Shown here one piece after another: positions 1-12,041 of a stretch of 64,000 nucleotides of DNA. How positions within the stretch are numbered: the stretch's first letter is position 1; every line of letters starts with the position of its first letter. A program made the position numbers and the translations under genes. The notes beneath the pieces are model-generated. The model made no database searches, was not told where the DNA came from, and saw only the letters and a program-made list of their open reading frames with translations. The DNA comes from Protoeuglena noctilucae. Lineage: Eukaryota. Where the stretch lies: positions 372,001 to 436,000 of the forward strand of contig OY253670.1 in the NCBI GenBank assembly GCA_958009085.1, written 5' to 3'.

Positions 1-400
1 CTCGCTACGATGGGTTTGGACGTCACATTCATGAGCGAACCCGTCGGCCCCGGCTGCAGAGCCTCAGATGCGTGCGGGGGGCAAGAGAAAGCGAGCATAG
101 CCCAGATGCGCGCTTGCCCCAACGCTAGGCTCCCTCGCAAGCTTGCCGATCCCACTGGTGTCCCGTCGAGATAATGAATCGACTGGACTTTTCATCCAAG
201 CCGTTTTCCTGCGACTCACCGGCACGCCTGCGCAGGAAACTTAGTTCGTTTAGCGCTGTCCAGCCACCGAAGCTGGCCCATTGTTCACCAGCAAGACGTG
301 GACCAGTTGGAGTGTCGATAGCGGCCACCTTTGTCCTCCATCGCAAGCGGCTCGGGGGAGAGGGAGCGCGTCAAGAAGGGTCGCACACGATTCCGCGCTG

Positions 401-1451
401 ATGGCGCAGGAAGCGGCGGCGGGCGCAAAGCCCACGCTCGCCGCTCTCGTCCAGCAGGCGCTGCAGGTGCTGGCAACGCGGAGCCGCGACGCCACCGTGG
501 CTTCTGCCTTGCGTCGCTTTCTCTGCACCCCGCGCCGAGTGCGCTGGCTCCAGACGGCCTCGTGGCTCATGGTCCCTGACTCTGTGCGCGCAGAATCAGG
601 GCGGTGTGAAGGAAAAGGGCAGCGAACGACAGCGCCTCTTCGACTTTGCGCCCGAGAACGTCAGCAAGGATGTGAGGGACGGCGCGTGATTGTCATTCGC
701 TTTTGACACCCTAGCGCGCCTCTAACGCTGGCTCTCTTGCGTCTGCAGGACTCGGAGTACGCGAAGCTGCTGCAGGCGATTGAGGAGGGGCATGGCGCGA
801 GGAAGGTTCACTACATCCACGCGCGCGGGGCCATGGACCGCGGCGACTTGGGGTGGATGAGTGAGCTTCAGGAGCGCCAGGCGCACGGTGAGCTCGCGGC
901 CGTGGAGAAAGAGAAGCGGCTCTTCAAGAAGCTCAAGCAGCAGTCGGTCGTGGAGGCCCCAGCCGCGGTGAGCTGCGCGCCGCTGAAGCCGCCCTGCGAT
1001 CACGATTCGCTACTCTATAGATACGTCTTGCCGCACAGGAGAAAAAGGGGCGCAGAACTGTCCCACGTCCTTCGCTGCTGTGCCTGAAAATCTTCTGCAC
1101 CCTCCCGCGCCGCAGGTGGACCCTCCCGGCCCGTCTCCTGCCGCGCTATCTCTTTTAGCTGGCAAGAAGGAGACGAGGAAGCGGGCGGCGGTGAAGATGG
1201 TGAAGAAGAGGGGCGCAGAGGCGGAGGGGACCGGGGCAGGGGATGAGGAGGGTGTCTCCGCGGTTAGCGGGGATCAAAGGGGCGTAAGCGGAAGCGTGGG
1301 GGACAGCAGGGAAGAAGGGAGCGGGGAGCGCGCGAGGAAGCGCAGCCGGGGAGGCGACGAGGAGGCAAGTGCGGGCAGCGAGGGCGATGGGGCGGGGGTG
1401 GGGGGGCTGGGGGGTTTGTTGGGGAACTACGGGAGCGACGAAGAAGACTGA
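401..1451 (+). CDS. Small nuclear protein, possibly FAM192A/NIP30(Fyv6)-like (4 exons)
   Basis: ATG 401, three GT-AG introns give MAQEAAAG...NVSKD|DSEYAKLL...RGAMDRGDLGWMSELQERQ...|VDPPG...GLLGNYGSDEED*. The family call rests only on a loose resemblance and the acidic LLGxYGSD tail. Confidence 0.5.
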
Positions 1452-1735
1452 CGGGAGCGTACGGACAATGCATGGCAGTTGAGGGTCCTTACTTGAGGCA
1501 TTGGGGGTTGCGGGGCCCATGTTAATGGCCTCGCAACGTACAGATTACACCGCATGTCCATCCTTGTCGCCCACTCGTCCCAGCATTTGAAACGGACATC
1601 TAGACACAACATCCATTGGGCTTTCTCACCCAGTCCAGCCCTACAGTGCCGGGGCACATGCCATCCAGTGCTGCAGTCAGGTCACAGACCAGCTTCTCAC
1701 TCACAAGATCCCCTTGAATTCAAATATTGTCTCCC

Positions 1736-3033
1736 TCACAGCTCGTCGGGCAACTGGTACGTCTCGATCTCCCCCGCCTTGTGCTTTGCGTTGTTCATCG
1801 TGCCCCCGCCTTGGAACAAAATCCCCTGCCCCGCGACCCACTGCGCGTTGCTGTTCTGTGGCCACATACGAGTTGCGAAAGTGGAATGGAATGCAAACAA
1901 TTCGATATAAGACGAAGGTGATAAAAGAGTACGCCACTCCCTCATCAGATTCTGACATTGCCTCAGCACAGAGATCGCGTCTCACCGCGACCGGGTGCGC
2001 AGCCACTTCCAGGTGGTGTGCCAGGGGCATGCCGTACTGCACGTTGTGCGTGATCAGGAAGCGACCAGATGCCGCGTTTTCCAAGTACACCTGCGCACCA
2101 TAAACCACCGATGCTTGTTGGCGTCACGCCCGTGCCACAACACGTTCCCACCGCCATCTCTCATTTGCCCAGAAACTCGCCTTGGACCCCAGCTTCCACT
2201 CGCCCCTGCTGTCCGTGTGCACAATCCACTCGGAGTTGTCCCGGAGGTCGCCCTCTTCAGCCTGTGGGCTCAAAGACAGACGCACCGCACTGCCGACCAG
2301 GTCCCACGCATGAGCGATGCCACGCATGATCGGTGCCATCCCAGCGCTGCGCTGCCGCGATTCCGTAACAACAATTCGCACGCTGTTGTTATCCCTGTAC
2401 CTTGATGACGCTGACTTCGTGGCTTTGGGAGAGGGGCGACGCGTGCGACGTGGACGTCAGCCATCGCCCCATCGGGAGGTGCCGGATGCGCACCGCCTGC
2501 CCGTCCTTGATCCTGCGGAATAGACGGCACGAAGCGCTATCTGTGTGACGGCAGCACATCCCGGCGCTTCCCAGCCTGTGCCATCTCGAGCAGTGCGATG
2601 TCGATCGTGCTGCAGCCGGCAGCCCCTCGCCTGTCTCCCTGACCGCACGGCTCGCTCCTGGTGCCGTGGATGGTCCAGTACGTCGATGACGTCGAAGACT
2701 CCCCCTCCATGATGCTCGACACGACCAGATTGCCGCTCCCACCTCCCCCATACGTCACCTGGGGGCATAGGCGTCGTCGGGCACTCACGCGACTGGACGG
2801 ATGCAGTTTCGGTGACTCGTGGCTGATATTGACGGCGTCGGTGCCGAGCTTCGCGGATCGGAGGCCCAGGCGCGGCTCGGCAGCCAACGCACCTCGTTGG
2901 CCAGCATCTTGACGCCGAGACCCGCATGGATCAACTTGATAGGGCTCCCACACGTCACATACGCGGTTGCTCCGAGCGTCGCAGCCGGCAGGAGCAGCAG
3001 AGAAGCCGCGGCTGCGACGCACAAGAGCGCCAT
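1736..3033 (-). CDS. SDF2: Stromal cell-derived factor 2-like MIR-domain ER protein (6 exons)
   Basis: Signal peptide MALLCVAAAASLLLLPAATLG, VTCGSPIKLIH, VTYGGGGSGN, IRHLPMGRWLTS..SPLSQSHEVS, C-terminal PDEL*. Two introns use GC donors (2630, 2180). Confidence 0.9.
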
Positions 3034-3393
3034 AGCGCTCCCGGGCTTCTGGAACCGGAGCCACTGGCGCGGAGTACGAGGCAGAGGATGCGGCTCTCGT
3101 GTGGGGCGCAGCTTCGCATTAATTTTGATAGGCGAATGGTTCTGCGCCCGCAGGACGAAGGCGGGGTAAGTTTTTTTGCGCCAGAACTCAGTGTCACAAG
3201 CACGCCAGTGATCTCCTCCTGGAGGCTCCCAGCGCATTGTCATCTCGACTGCGTTGCCAGTCCGCTACTGAAGCCACTGCCGCTATTGCCGGGAGCAGGG
3301 GGCTGTCACAGAGTGTAACTCAGCAGCGGAGCGCCAGCTAGGGCCCAAACCTGGCAGCCTCTGTTGGACGCCGCGCGCGGGCACCAGGACACG

Positions 3394-6354
3394 ATGCAGG
3401 GGGGCGCGGGGCCCGTGCTCCGGCACATATGGTCAGCCGCCGGCAGCCGCGTTGACCAGCCTCCCGCGCCGGGGGAGAGCCGCCGCGTTTTCGTAGCTCA
3501 GGCCGTTGCATCATCTCCCAATGCAGCGAATCGCACCTGCCTTTCCCGCAGCGGCGCGGTGTGGATGCGGGTGTCTAGACCCGCGTCGCTGCTCGCCCCA
3601 CCTCGCGCTCTCGCGCCGCTGGGAGGTATCCCCGCGCTGCGCCGGCCGTGCCGTGATACGTGGATTGCATGCGCAGCACAGAAGTCATCCGCTGGACTCA
3701 ACGACCGCCAAGCACGCCCCGCGAGGTGTGCAGGAGACAGCTCATGTCTCGCAGCCCCTGCGCCGCCCACGCGCCACATTTCGTCGCTCTTTTCCAACTG
3801 ACCTGCACTCTGTTGTCTTCGCAGCACACAAGCTGTCTCCTTCCTCTCGGAGCGCACCTGGCCGGACTTGGGAGTGTCCCCGACCGTCGCTGCAGCTCTG
3901 TCCCGCGCCGGTTTCCCCGCTCCCGCGCACATCCAGGCGCGCTCCGTGCCGAGGATCCTCTCCGGCGGCACGGCGGTGGTCGCCGCGGAGACAGGGTCGG
4001 GCAAACCCTCAGCTACGTGGTCCCTGTGGTGGACACGGTCGTGCGGCTCGCGGGGCCACAGCCAGCCGCGGCAGTCGACAAGCGCAACCACGACCCTTTC
4101 TCACACGGACCCAAGGCCCTCATTCTCCTCCCGACGGGCATCCTCTGCGACCAGGCACGGCATTGCAGAGGACAACAGGACAGGCGCGTTTGTGCTCGTT
4201 CGCACCGCGTGCGACACAGCCCATCTCTGGCCCGCTCCAATCCCCGCAGGTTATCGGCGTGATCCACAGCCTGGCGGGCGACGCGGGTGCGCCTCTGGTG
4301 GAGGCAGCCAAGCTGAGCTCTGCCAGCATCCCAGGGTATGTGCCTGACGTGCTTGTGACCACCCCCGCGGCACTGCTGTCCTTCTGGCGCAACGTCTCGG
4401 TGGGGTATCCCCGGGGCTGGATGTCGCGAGAAAATTTGCTGGCGTCCGTTCGAATCGTCGTGCTGGATGAGGCCGACCTGGTGCTCACGGGTGAGGCGAT
4501 TACTGAAGCCGGGGCTGGTTGCGGGTCGACAGGCTGGTGTATGTGGTGGTTCTTGCGAGACGTTGTGAGAGGTTTCTGACTATGTCCTTCTTTGCCTTGC
4601 TTCTTTCGACCATCGCTACAGCGCGATGGTAAGGCAAGCCAGGGCACGTGCAGCTGTGATGCATGCTGCAGCTCCTCACTTCCCCGTCTCTGTGTCGCTC
4701 TCCGCAGCGAGTGCGCGCGCGTCGGAGCAGGTGCTGGAGATGCTGAGGCTGGACGACCGAAGGCGCACGGCGCGCATGTGCCAGGCGCAGATGGGGATCG
4801 GGCCCGACGAGTGGGAGGCAATCAGCTCACACAAGCGGCAAGTGGCATACGACGAGGGCGTCGCGGCCTTCCTGGTGAGCAGGGGGGTATGCTTGCTGCA
4901 GGACGCCCGATGTCTGGTGGTACGCTTGCTGCATAGATGGTAGCCATCGTAATCTGGGCTTTGCCGGTTTTGTTCGCTTGCGAGCAAGCACTTGAGGGAG
5001 CGCTGCTTCGCATTCCTCGCTCCTGGTCATATCTTTCATACCGTTCCCAGGAGTTGATGGAGAGGCCGGGACGTCCCCAGGCGGAGTCGGAGCCTTTCTA
5101 CTGGTCGCGGCAGTACGTGTTCGTGGGTGCGACGATTCCGGACACGGGGGCCAAGGGGGTGGCGTCGAGCATCATGGAGCGCGCCCCGCACGCGGCCTGG
5201 ATTGAGGGCCAGGTGGGTGTGACGCGTGAGCTTGAAATTTTCGAAAAATTCGAAGCAGCGCGCAGGTCTGATGTGCGGTGACACGCTATCGATGTCCCAT
5301 GCGCGCCGCTGTGCTTCATATCGTCTGCAGGAGCTGCACCAGTCAAAGCGCGTGGTGGCGCATTCGTTTGTGCGAGTCACAGACGACACCTGGGCAGAGG
5401 AGCTGGTGCGGGCCGTCAGGGGAGATGCCACGCGGGGTCGGAATGCGAAGGCCGGGCGCGCTGGCGGTGCGGTGGGTTCGGGGGACCGAGATGGGGACCG
5501 AGAAGGCGCAGCCACGGGCGGTGACGGGGCGGGCGGGACGGGGGCGGGAGAGGAGGGCGGGGGCCGGACGATGGTGTTCGCCAAGAGCAAAGGCGGCGCG
5601 GACGAGGCCGCGATGGTGCTCGCCAGGGCCGGGTGCGATGTCCTGCTCTACCACAATGGTTTGCCGGTCGAGGAGCGGGATTCGGCACTGCGGTGAGGGG
5701 CGTGGCTGGGACGGCGGGACTTGCAACAGACATTAAGCACTTGCTGTACTGCTGCCGGCTCCACTTGCTGTACTGCTGCCGGCTCCATGATGTGAGCGCA
5801 CGGGTTACCTTGTCGACTGCCCTGTGCCCCGGGGTGACCTTCACTGCATGTTGAGTCGCGATGCCCATCACCCTTTCGCTCTCAGGGCTTTCCGCGGGAC
5901 TCCGGGCAGCCTTCTGGTGTGCACGGACTCGGCGTCGCGTGGCCTGGACATCCCAGGGGTCGATCACGTGGTGCAAGCGGACTTCGCGTCGACCGCCGTC
6001 GACTTTTTGCATCGCACGGGGCGCACCGCGCGCGCCGATCGGCCCGGGCGCGTCACGTCGCTTTATACCGACGCCGACGCGGCTCTGGCGGGGGCCATCC
6101 GTGACGCCGTGGCCGCGCACAAGCCGGTGGAGGCGTGTTTCAGCCGGAACCGCAGTTTCCGGAAGAAAGTGAAGCGCAGGGGGGAGGATTACATCAAGGA
6201 GCGCATCCACATGAGTAAGAGGATAGCTGGGATAGTAGCGGCCTCTTCGCTGGCAGGGAGCGTGCTTAAATCGCCATGCAATGTGAGCCATCCTTTTCTG
6301 GCACTGCCTGGCCCTCTGCTGGCGAACAGAAGAACCTGCCGCGCTGGTCACTGA
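3394..6354 (+). CDS. DEAD-box RNA helicase, RH22-like (organellar), with an apparent 1-nt frameshift near 4003
   Basis: AETGSGK[T][59 protein letters not shown]. Both ends are approximate. Confidence 0.85.
5739..5788. repeat. 24-bp tandem duplication in an intron
   Basis: cacttgctgtactgctgccggctc occurs twice in a row. Confidence 0.9.
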
Positions 6355-6853
6355 TGCTACTTCTCTCTCGCAACCTGTGGTCCCGATTTTCTTCGCCATC
6401 GGTGTGGTGGGCGCGGAGTCTGGGCCATCTTTTGGAACACAGCAAAACACAGTAGGATTGAGGTTTGGCGCACACCAACGTCTCGTCAGCGAATACCTCG
6501 TGTCGTACAAAGCAGGAGAGATACGGCTGGCGCCGCCCGCGTGTTTCTTTCGAGAGCTTTGGCGCTAACAGTCCGGACAGCATTCACGCAAGGTGCGCCC
6601 CTCTGGAGCCTCGGAAAAGCGTTTCGATTGCAAATTAAGTGCCTCATCCTTTTCCTATCAAAGCAATGAACCGATTAATGGCATCTTGTGTCCAGAAAGC
6701 TGCTCAGGGGCTGAGAGCGCGCACGCGCAAGGGTCGTGCTTGCAGCCCCTCCCCGCGTCCCATCTCAACACCATCTGCGTCTCACCTCTCATAAAAGGGT
6801 ACCACTAACAACAATATATCTATTCAGCACGTCCGCCTCGCCGCAGAGGCTCC

Positions 6854-8363
6854 ATGGCGCTCGCGGGCCAGGGCGCACAAGCGCTCGCCTTCGCGTCGTC
6901 TGGCCTGACGTCCTTCGCTCTCCAGGCCGCGTGCGTCGGGGGCGGGCGTTTTCTGGCGAGCATAGCGTCCGGCGAGGCCACTTCTCGGGCCACGAGCAGC
7001 GCTCCCGGCTCCACCCAGGGCAGCGTGACTGCGCGGACTGCCACCTCCGCAAGTGAGCCCGCCCTCTCTCGCTATCCCTCCCACACCACCTCCACACCCT
7101 TGTGGTAATTACTTACACGTGTTGCACGCGTCCGACCACACCCCAGGTCTTGAGCATGGCCACGCGGACGAGCGCGTACAATCGGGGGCCCAGTCCGGCG
7201 CACGCCCGCTGCCCCTGCCGACGGTTCAGGTCACAGCCGCGGAGGAGATCCAGAGCCTCGCCAAGAAGCGCTACGGGATAGCCAAGAAGCTTGCTCTCAA
7301 GGTCATTAACAAGAAGCTCGTCCTGCGCTTCCTGGCCAGGCGTCTGAGGTGGGGCGTGCGTGTCGACTTAGCAGCCTCTGCTACGGCGTACGTCCCTGCA
7401 CGCGGCGACCGCAGCAACATCTTCAGCAGCATGCGATGTGACCGAGCGCTGCATAGGTGTGCTGCACGCATGCAAGTGCTGCGCTGTCCGCGTGATCCCC
7501 GCAGCATTGCCGTCCCCGTCTACGGCCTCTACTCTGGCAGCAAGCTCCTCCGCAACGACATACGCCGATCGATCCGCGAGGCCGACGATGGGCTCCCGGA
7601 GGTGTGCGCCGTGCAGTGCAGCCCCGCCCGCCACTCGCTGTCGATTCGCCCCGCGCCCTTCGCCCTTCGCCACGCAACGCTGACTGACCTTTGCAAACAC
7701 ATAGCCCTGCGTTCCGTGTCCCCAGGCGTCCCGTGCCTTCGCGGCATGCGCCTTCCTCGACCTCATCGACGTGTCATGCCAGACCGTCGTGTTATCGTCC
7801 CTCATGGTCAGCCTGTTTGGGTAAGCACCGAACCCGCCACATCCACATCGCCTGCGCCCTGAGGCAGCCTCTTTTACCTTGCGGTCAACTTTCTACTGCA
7901 AGCTGACCGCTCGCCTGGACGCCCCCACCTGCAGGGCCGGCATCCCCGTCCACCCCGCCCTGGTCGGCGTGTGCGACAAGATGGCCATCAGCGCGTCTGT
8001 CATCTCCACGGCAATGGTGAGATACAGATAGCTAATCCATAAGGAGACGGGTTACATGACAAGGGCCCCCATGATTGGACGACCATCCACCCCTCGCCCC
8101 TCCTGTGGTTGCGGTGGCGTGTGAGGCTGACGCGTTCCTTTGCGCAGGGATTATACGGAGAGCACGTGGCCTTGCATCGGCTGTACCCCGCGGAGGCGAC
8201 CGAGGCCCTCGCAAACATCGCCCGGGGCCTGGACGCAGCGCCGGGAGCGCCGGTGTTGTCGCCGCCGATGGAAGAGGGAGAGGTCGGGGAGCTGAGCGAC
8301 GCGGAGTGGGAGGCCAGGGAAGAACAACGTGCCAAGGCCAAGGCTGAAAGGAGAGAATCGTGA
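6854..8363 (+). CDS. Hypothetical, probably membrane-associated protein (about 6 exons)
   Basis: Exons join in frame: MALAGQGAQ...|..AKKLALKVINKKLVLRFLARRL|SIAVPVYGLYSGSKLL..|ASRAFAACAFLDLIDV..|..|GLYGEHVALH...AERRES*. No domain recognised. Confidence 0.6.
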
Positions 8364-8509
8364 TACTAGAAGAATGCTGCACACGAATGACGCCTGACGC
8401 GTGTAGCGGTCGAATGAATTGGCTGTTGCGCAGCCCTACGCCGGATCCAGTTTCCTGTTGACCTCCAATACGTAGTGCTGCCGGCCATTGGGGCGTAGCG
8501 GCGCCCTCA

Positions 8510-9805
8510 ATGGCTGACGGGGCCTCTGAATGGACGATCGTCACAACGTCCCGCAAGCGCCCCAAGCCAGCTGAGTTGAAGCGGGTGCTTCATGATGCTA
8601 GCTATGAGAAGCCAAGGGACTGCTCCGCTGAGGATTTGGCATCCAGCGTCCCCCAGGAAAGGCAGCCCTAGCATCCTCGCGCGTTTGGCCAAACCGGCAC
8701 GCCATCCACGAGCCGATAGGCCCGCCGCTGCTCTGTGCAGACGTGAATGGTTGTTATTATTCGTTGGAGATGCGCTCATAGCATGAAAGCGGCTCCCTAC
8801 GCTGCAGTACGGACCGGACGAGGTCCAGCGCCTTGTCGGCGCCGCGGTGCGCAAGGTGGAGGATTGCAAAAGAGAGGTTGAGGCACATCCGGTCCTTGCA
8901 TCAGTCGTGGAGGCCGTGAACACCGCGTTGTCGCACGGACGCACGCCGACAGGCAACGCAGCCCAGGCGGACGGCGTCGCCGGTGACCGATCGACGCGGG
9001 CCGCACAACGGCGTTTATCGATGCTCCTGTCGCCGCCTTAAATATGTGCCCGTTGCGGAGCGCAGGGACATGGGAGCACATCGAGGAGATTGTCGTGTAC
9101 GGCCTTGGGAGCCCCCACGAGTCGAGGACGTCGCGATACCAGCTCGCCCTCGTGTGCGCTCTCCAGGCGCGGGCTCCACGGTTACGTAAACCGCCCCTTC
9201 TCTTCGACCCCATCTTCAGGTATGGCTGAGCGGGGACTTAACATCAAGGGGTCAGAGCCCGGCGTCTACGGCTGTACGCTTGCTCGACTCTCTCTCTGCG
9301 ATCTCCGCGCAGCGAGGTGGACAAGGGCGTGTTATTGGCGCTGGGGATGTCGGTGATACCGGAGAACGAGAGTGGCAGGCGGCGCGTGGGTGCCACGGAG
9401 GGCGGTGTGTCGCTCTTCTACCTCGCGCACTGCGAGAGCCACATCTGCGAAGCCCTGCTCGATGCCAACTGGGAAGAGGGCGCGATCCGGAGACTCGTGT
9501 TGCTCGGCAACAGCTTCGCGACGTACCAGGACCGCTGGGCCCTGCCGTCCGCCCAGGTCGGACGTGTCCGGCCCGAAAAGGCGAGCATGGGTCTGGGGTG
9601 GGTCAGGGAGGTATGCCCGCTGCACATATGGGGGAGGGAGACCGTCGCAGTCGTAACGAGTGTCGCTGCTGGCCTCCCGCAGCTGCTGTCACTGGTGCAG
9701 AGAGGCGCGGTGGTGGAGAGGCGTGTGGACGAGTGCGGGTTCCCCGACATCTCCGCGTTCAACGACATGTCCGCTCATGCCTTCGGATGGGCGGCGGGGG
9801 TCTGA
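8510..9805 (+). CDS. SRR1: SRR1-domain protein (SENSITIVITY TO RED LIGHT REDUCED 1)
   Basis: WTIV..RKR N-terminus, IVVYGLGS, RYQLAL, LFDPIF, LFYLAHCE, LLDANW, LLGNSF, SAFNDMSAH. Confidence 0.9.
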
Positions 9806-9850
9806 AGCGGGACCGAGCCGCGCGCGTCCTGACGGTCTGGTGGCATCGCA

Positions 9851-11508
9851 GCGACGACGCTCGCTCAACAGGGCGGGGACGTGCCGGGGCTGCTGTGGGG
9901 GAACGTGGTGCTCGCGGGTGGCGTGGCAGCCGCGATGCCAGACGACAGGCCAGTGAGCACTGCGCGCGCCCGGCGGCATGCGACCCATGTGGCCCCGCGA
10001 CGCACCTGCACGCACGCCTCGGCAATGCCAGCCTGCGCCATGCCGATGTCTGCGGGCCGGAACAGCGCCTCGGCAGCCATGAAGCGCTCGTTGTTGAGCG
10101 GCAGGATGTGGTCCTCGGGCGGGGGCCGCGGCGCAGGGAGGCCGTTCTGCGGAGGGCAATGCGACGAGGCGGCTTGTGTCGCCGTCATCAACGCGCACCG
10201 CGGTCCACCCCACCTGGCTGGGGTGGTGCAGTGCGACTGACGCACCTGCTCGGCCCTCCTCGCCGCCTCTTTTTCCTTCTCCAAATCGCGTATGTACCCC
10301 CGCACGTTGGACAGCCCGTCTGGAAGCACGTACTCGAGGCGGTGGGGGCTCGTCTGGGGCTTGGCGGCCCGCCTCAGGTCCTCCACCACGTCCGGGCTGA
10401 CGAACGCCGTCGCCTCTTTGACGATATCCATCAGGAACGTCTCCTCCATCATGTTGACTGCGCCGCGCGCATAGAAAAGGGGTCACACAGAGGGGGCACG
10501 ACCGCCGTGGTTGACAGCGTGGGCTGCAGCGCTGGGTGGGTCGCTCACCGGACCGATAGGACACCATCTCCTTCATCAAGTTGGTAATCAGCTTGCCCCC
10601 CACGTTCACCCGCTTGATGCCGGCCTTCAGTGCCTGGCCCCCCAGGACGGGCACAGCGTGCGCAAAAGAGTACCCGCAGTCCACCACCAGGCCCGCCTGC
10701 AGCGCCCGCGCCGGGTGCGACCTGGGCAGCGACTTGTTATGATGCCGGAGAGCTGCGGGGAGGGACGCATCGCGGAAGGTAGGCGTCTCGTGGAATCTTG
10801 TGCACCTCAGAGAGGGTGCAACCGCGTGTCGAGACAACATCAGCCGACACGCGGCGGCAGTCACCGAGGCAGGCCGCGGGCGCGGCAACGAAGGAGGCGA
10901 CGGACAGGTCCTCGAAGAGCGTCTGGCACATGATGTCCTGGAGAGCGCGGAAATTGAAGAGAGGCTCCGTGACGACCATGTGCGATCCCCGCGTGCCGCA
11001 CCCGAGGACCTCCTGCACCGCCCGCTGGATGGTCTCCGCCTGGAGTCCCCAGTCTACCACGTAGCCGCGATCCACGGGCCGGCGCACCGACTGCGCGAGC
11101 GATGGTGCTGGCTTTCGCAATGACGCGCCCCGCCCCACGGCCGCATGCATCGCCAGCGGTCCGTCTGAAGGCCGTGATCGCTCACCAACGCTGCCACGTC
11201 CTGGCACTCGTCGATCAGATGCGCCGGATAGGTCTTCTTGTCCGTCTTGCATCGGCCCACGCCGTTCGTGAAGACCGCCCTGCGAGAGTGCGGCGCCTAG
11301 CCACGTTTGCGCCAATCATGATGCATTTCTGAGATATGTACCACGCAATGGTACCGAAGCGACGCGCCGATGCGACGACAACCGCGCGCAGGCGGCCCGG
11401 CACGGTTTGCTGCGACGCGCACCTCGGGGACGCCTCCCCCGCCACGCCCAGCTTCACATGCCCCCCGCCGATGTCGACCACGAGCACTTGACGACCCGAC
11501 GAGCTCAT
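9851..11508 (-). CDS. ARP6: Actin-related protein 6, 3' end disrupted (one exon inverted, C-terminus absent)
   Basis: LVVDIGGGHVKLG, RRPVDRGYVVDW, VTEPLFN, LVVDCGYSFAHAVP, VGGKLITNLMKEMVSYR, NMMEET, EYVLPDG, NERFMAAEALFRPADIG. The next exon (GLLWGNVVLAGG) lies on the + strand at about 9851-9940. Confidence 0.88.
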
Positions 11509-12041
11509 CGTGACAAGTCCAACCGCGGTGCGCGGCGCGGGGCACGGCCCAAAGACAGCGCCCCGCCCACCCCGCTTCGACCCTGAGCCTTCACGCGAGC
11601 GCGATGCCACCAGTCGATGCCTAAGAACATGAAATAAGAGCTAGAAGAGTGCGGAGGTCAAAGGTCGGTCCTTCGCGACGCCTCACGGTTTCACCACCAG
11701 CGTGCCTCCCGCGGGGTCTGTTTCACGAGACTCTCGGCACTGAGACAATTCAAACAACGCACGCTGAAAGTGGCTGCCGTAAAAATGTGTCGCTGTGATC
11801 TCGAAGTGAAAGAATTAGCGGGGAATGGCCCCTGGTGCCTGACACGGAAAAATGGCGTCCCTGCGCAAAGCCCTTGTCTGCCATCTACCCTGCCCTCTGC
11901 CCTGTGCTGTCTGCCACCGCTGCCCTCTACCCTGAGTCACCTGCCACCTGTATCACCCTGCCACTCTCTCAGCTTTGCTGTATACGTGTAGCTCTCTCAT
12001 GTATGTCCTATCTTCTCCTGCCTGACATCTGCACGCCTGCA

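Noticed and set aside
11870..11970. CTGCCC-rich degenerate repeat
   Set aside because: Low-complexity 3' UTR/intergenic sequence with no defined unit or ends.
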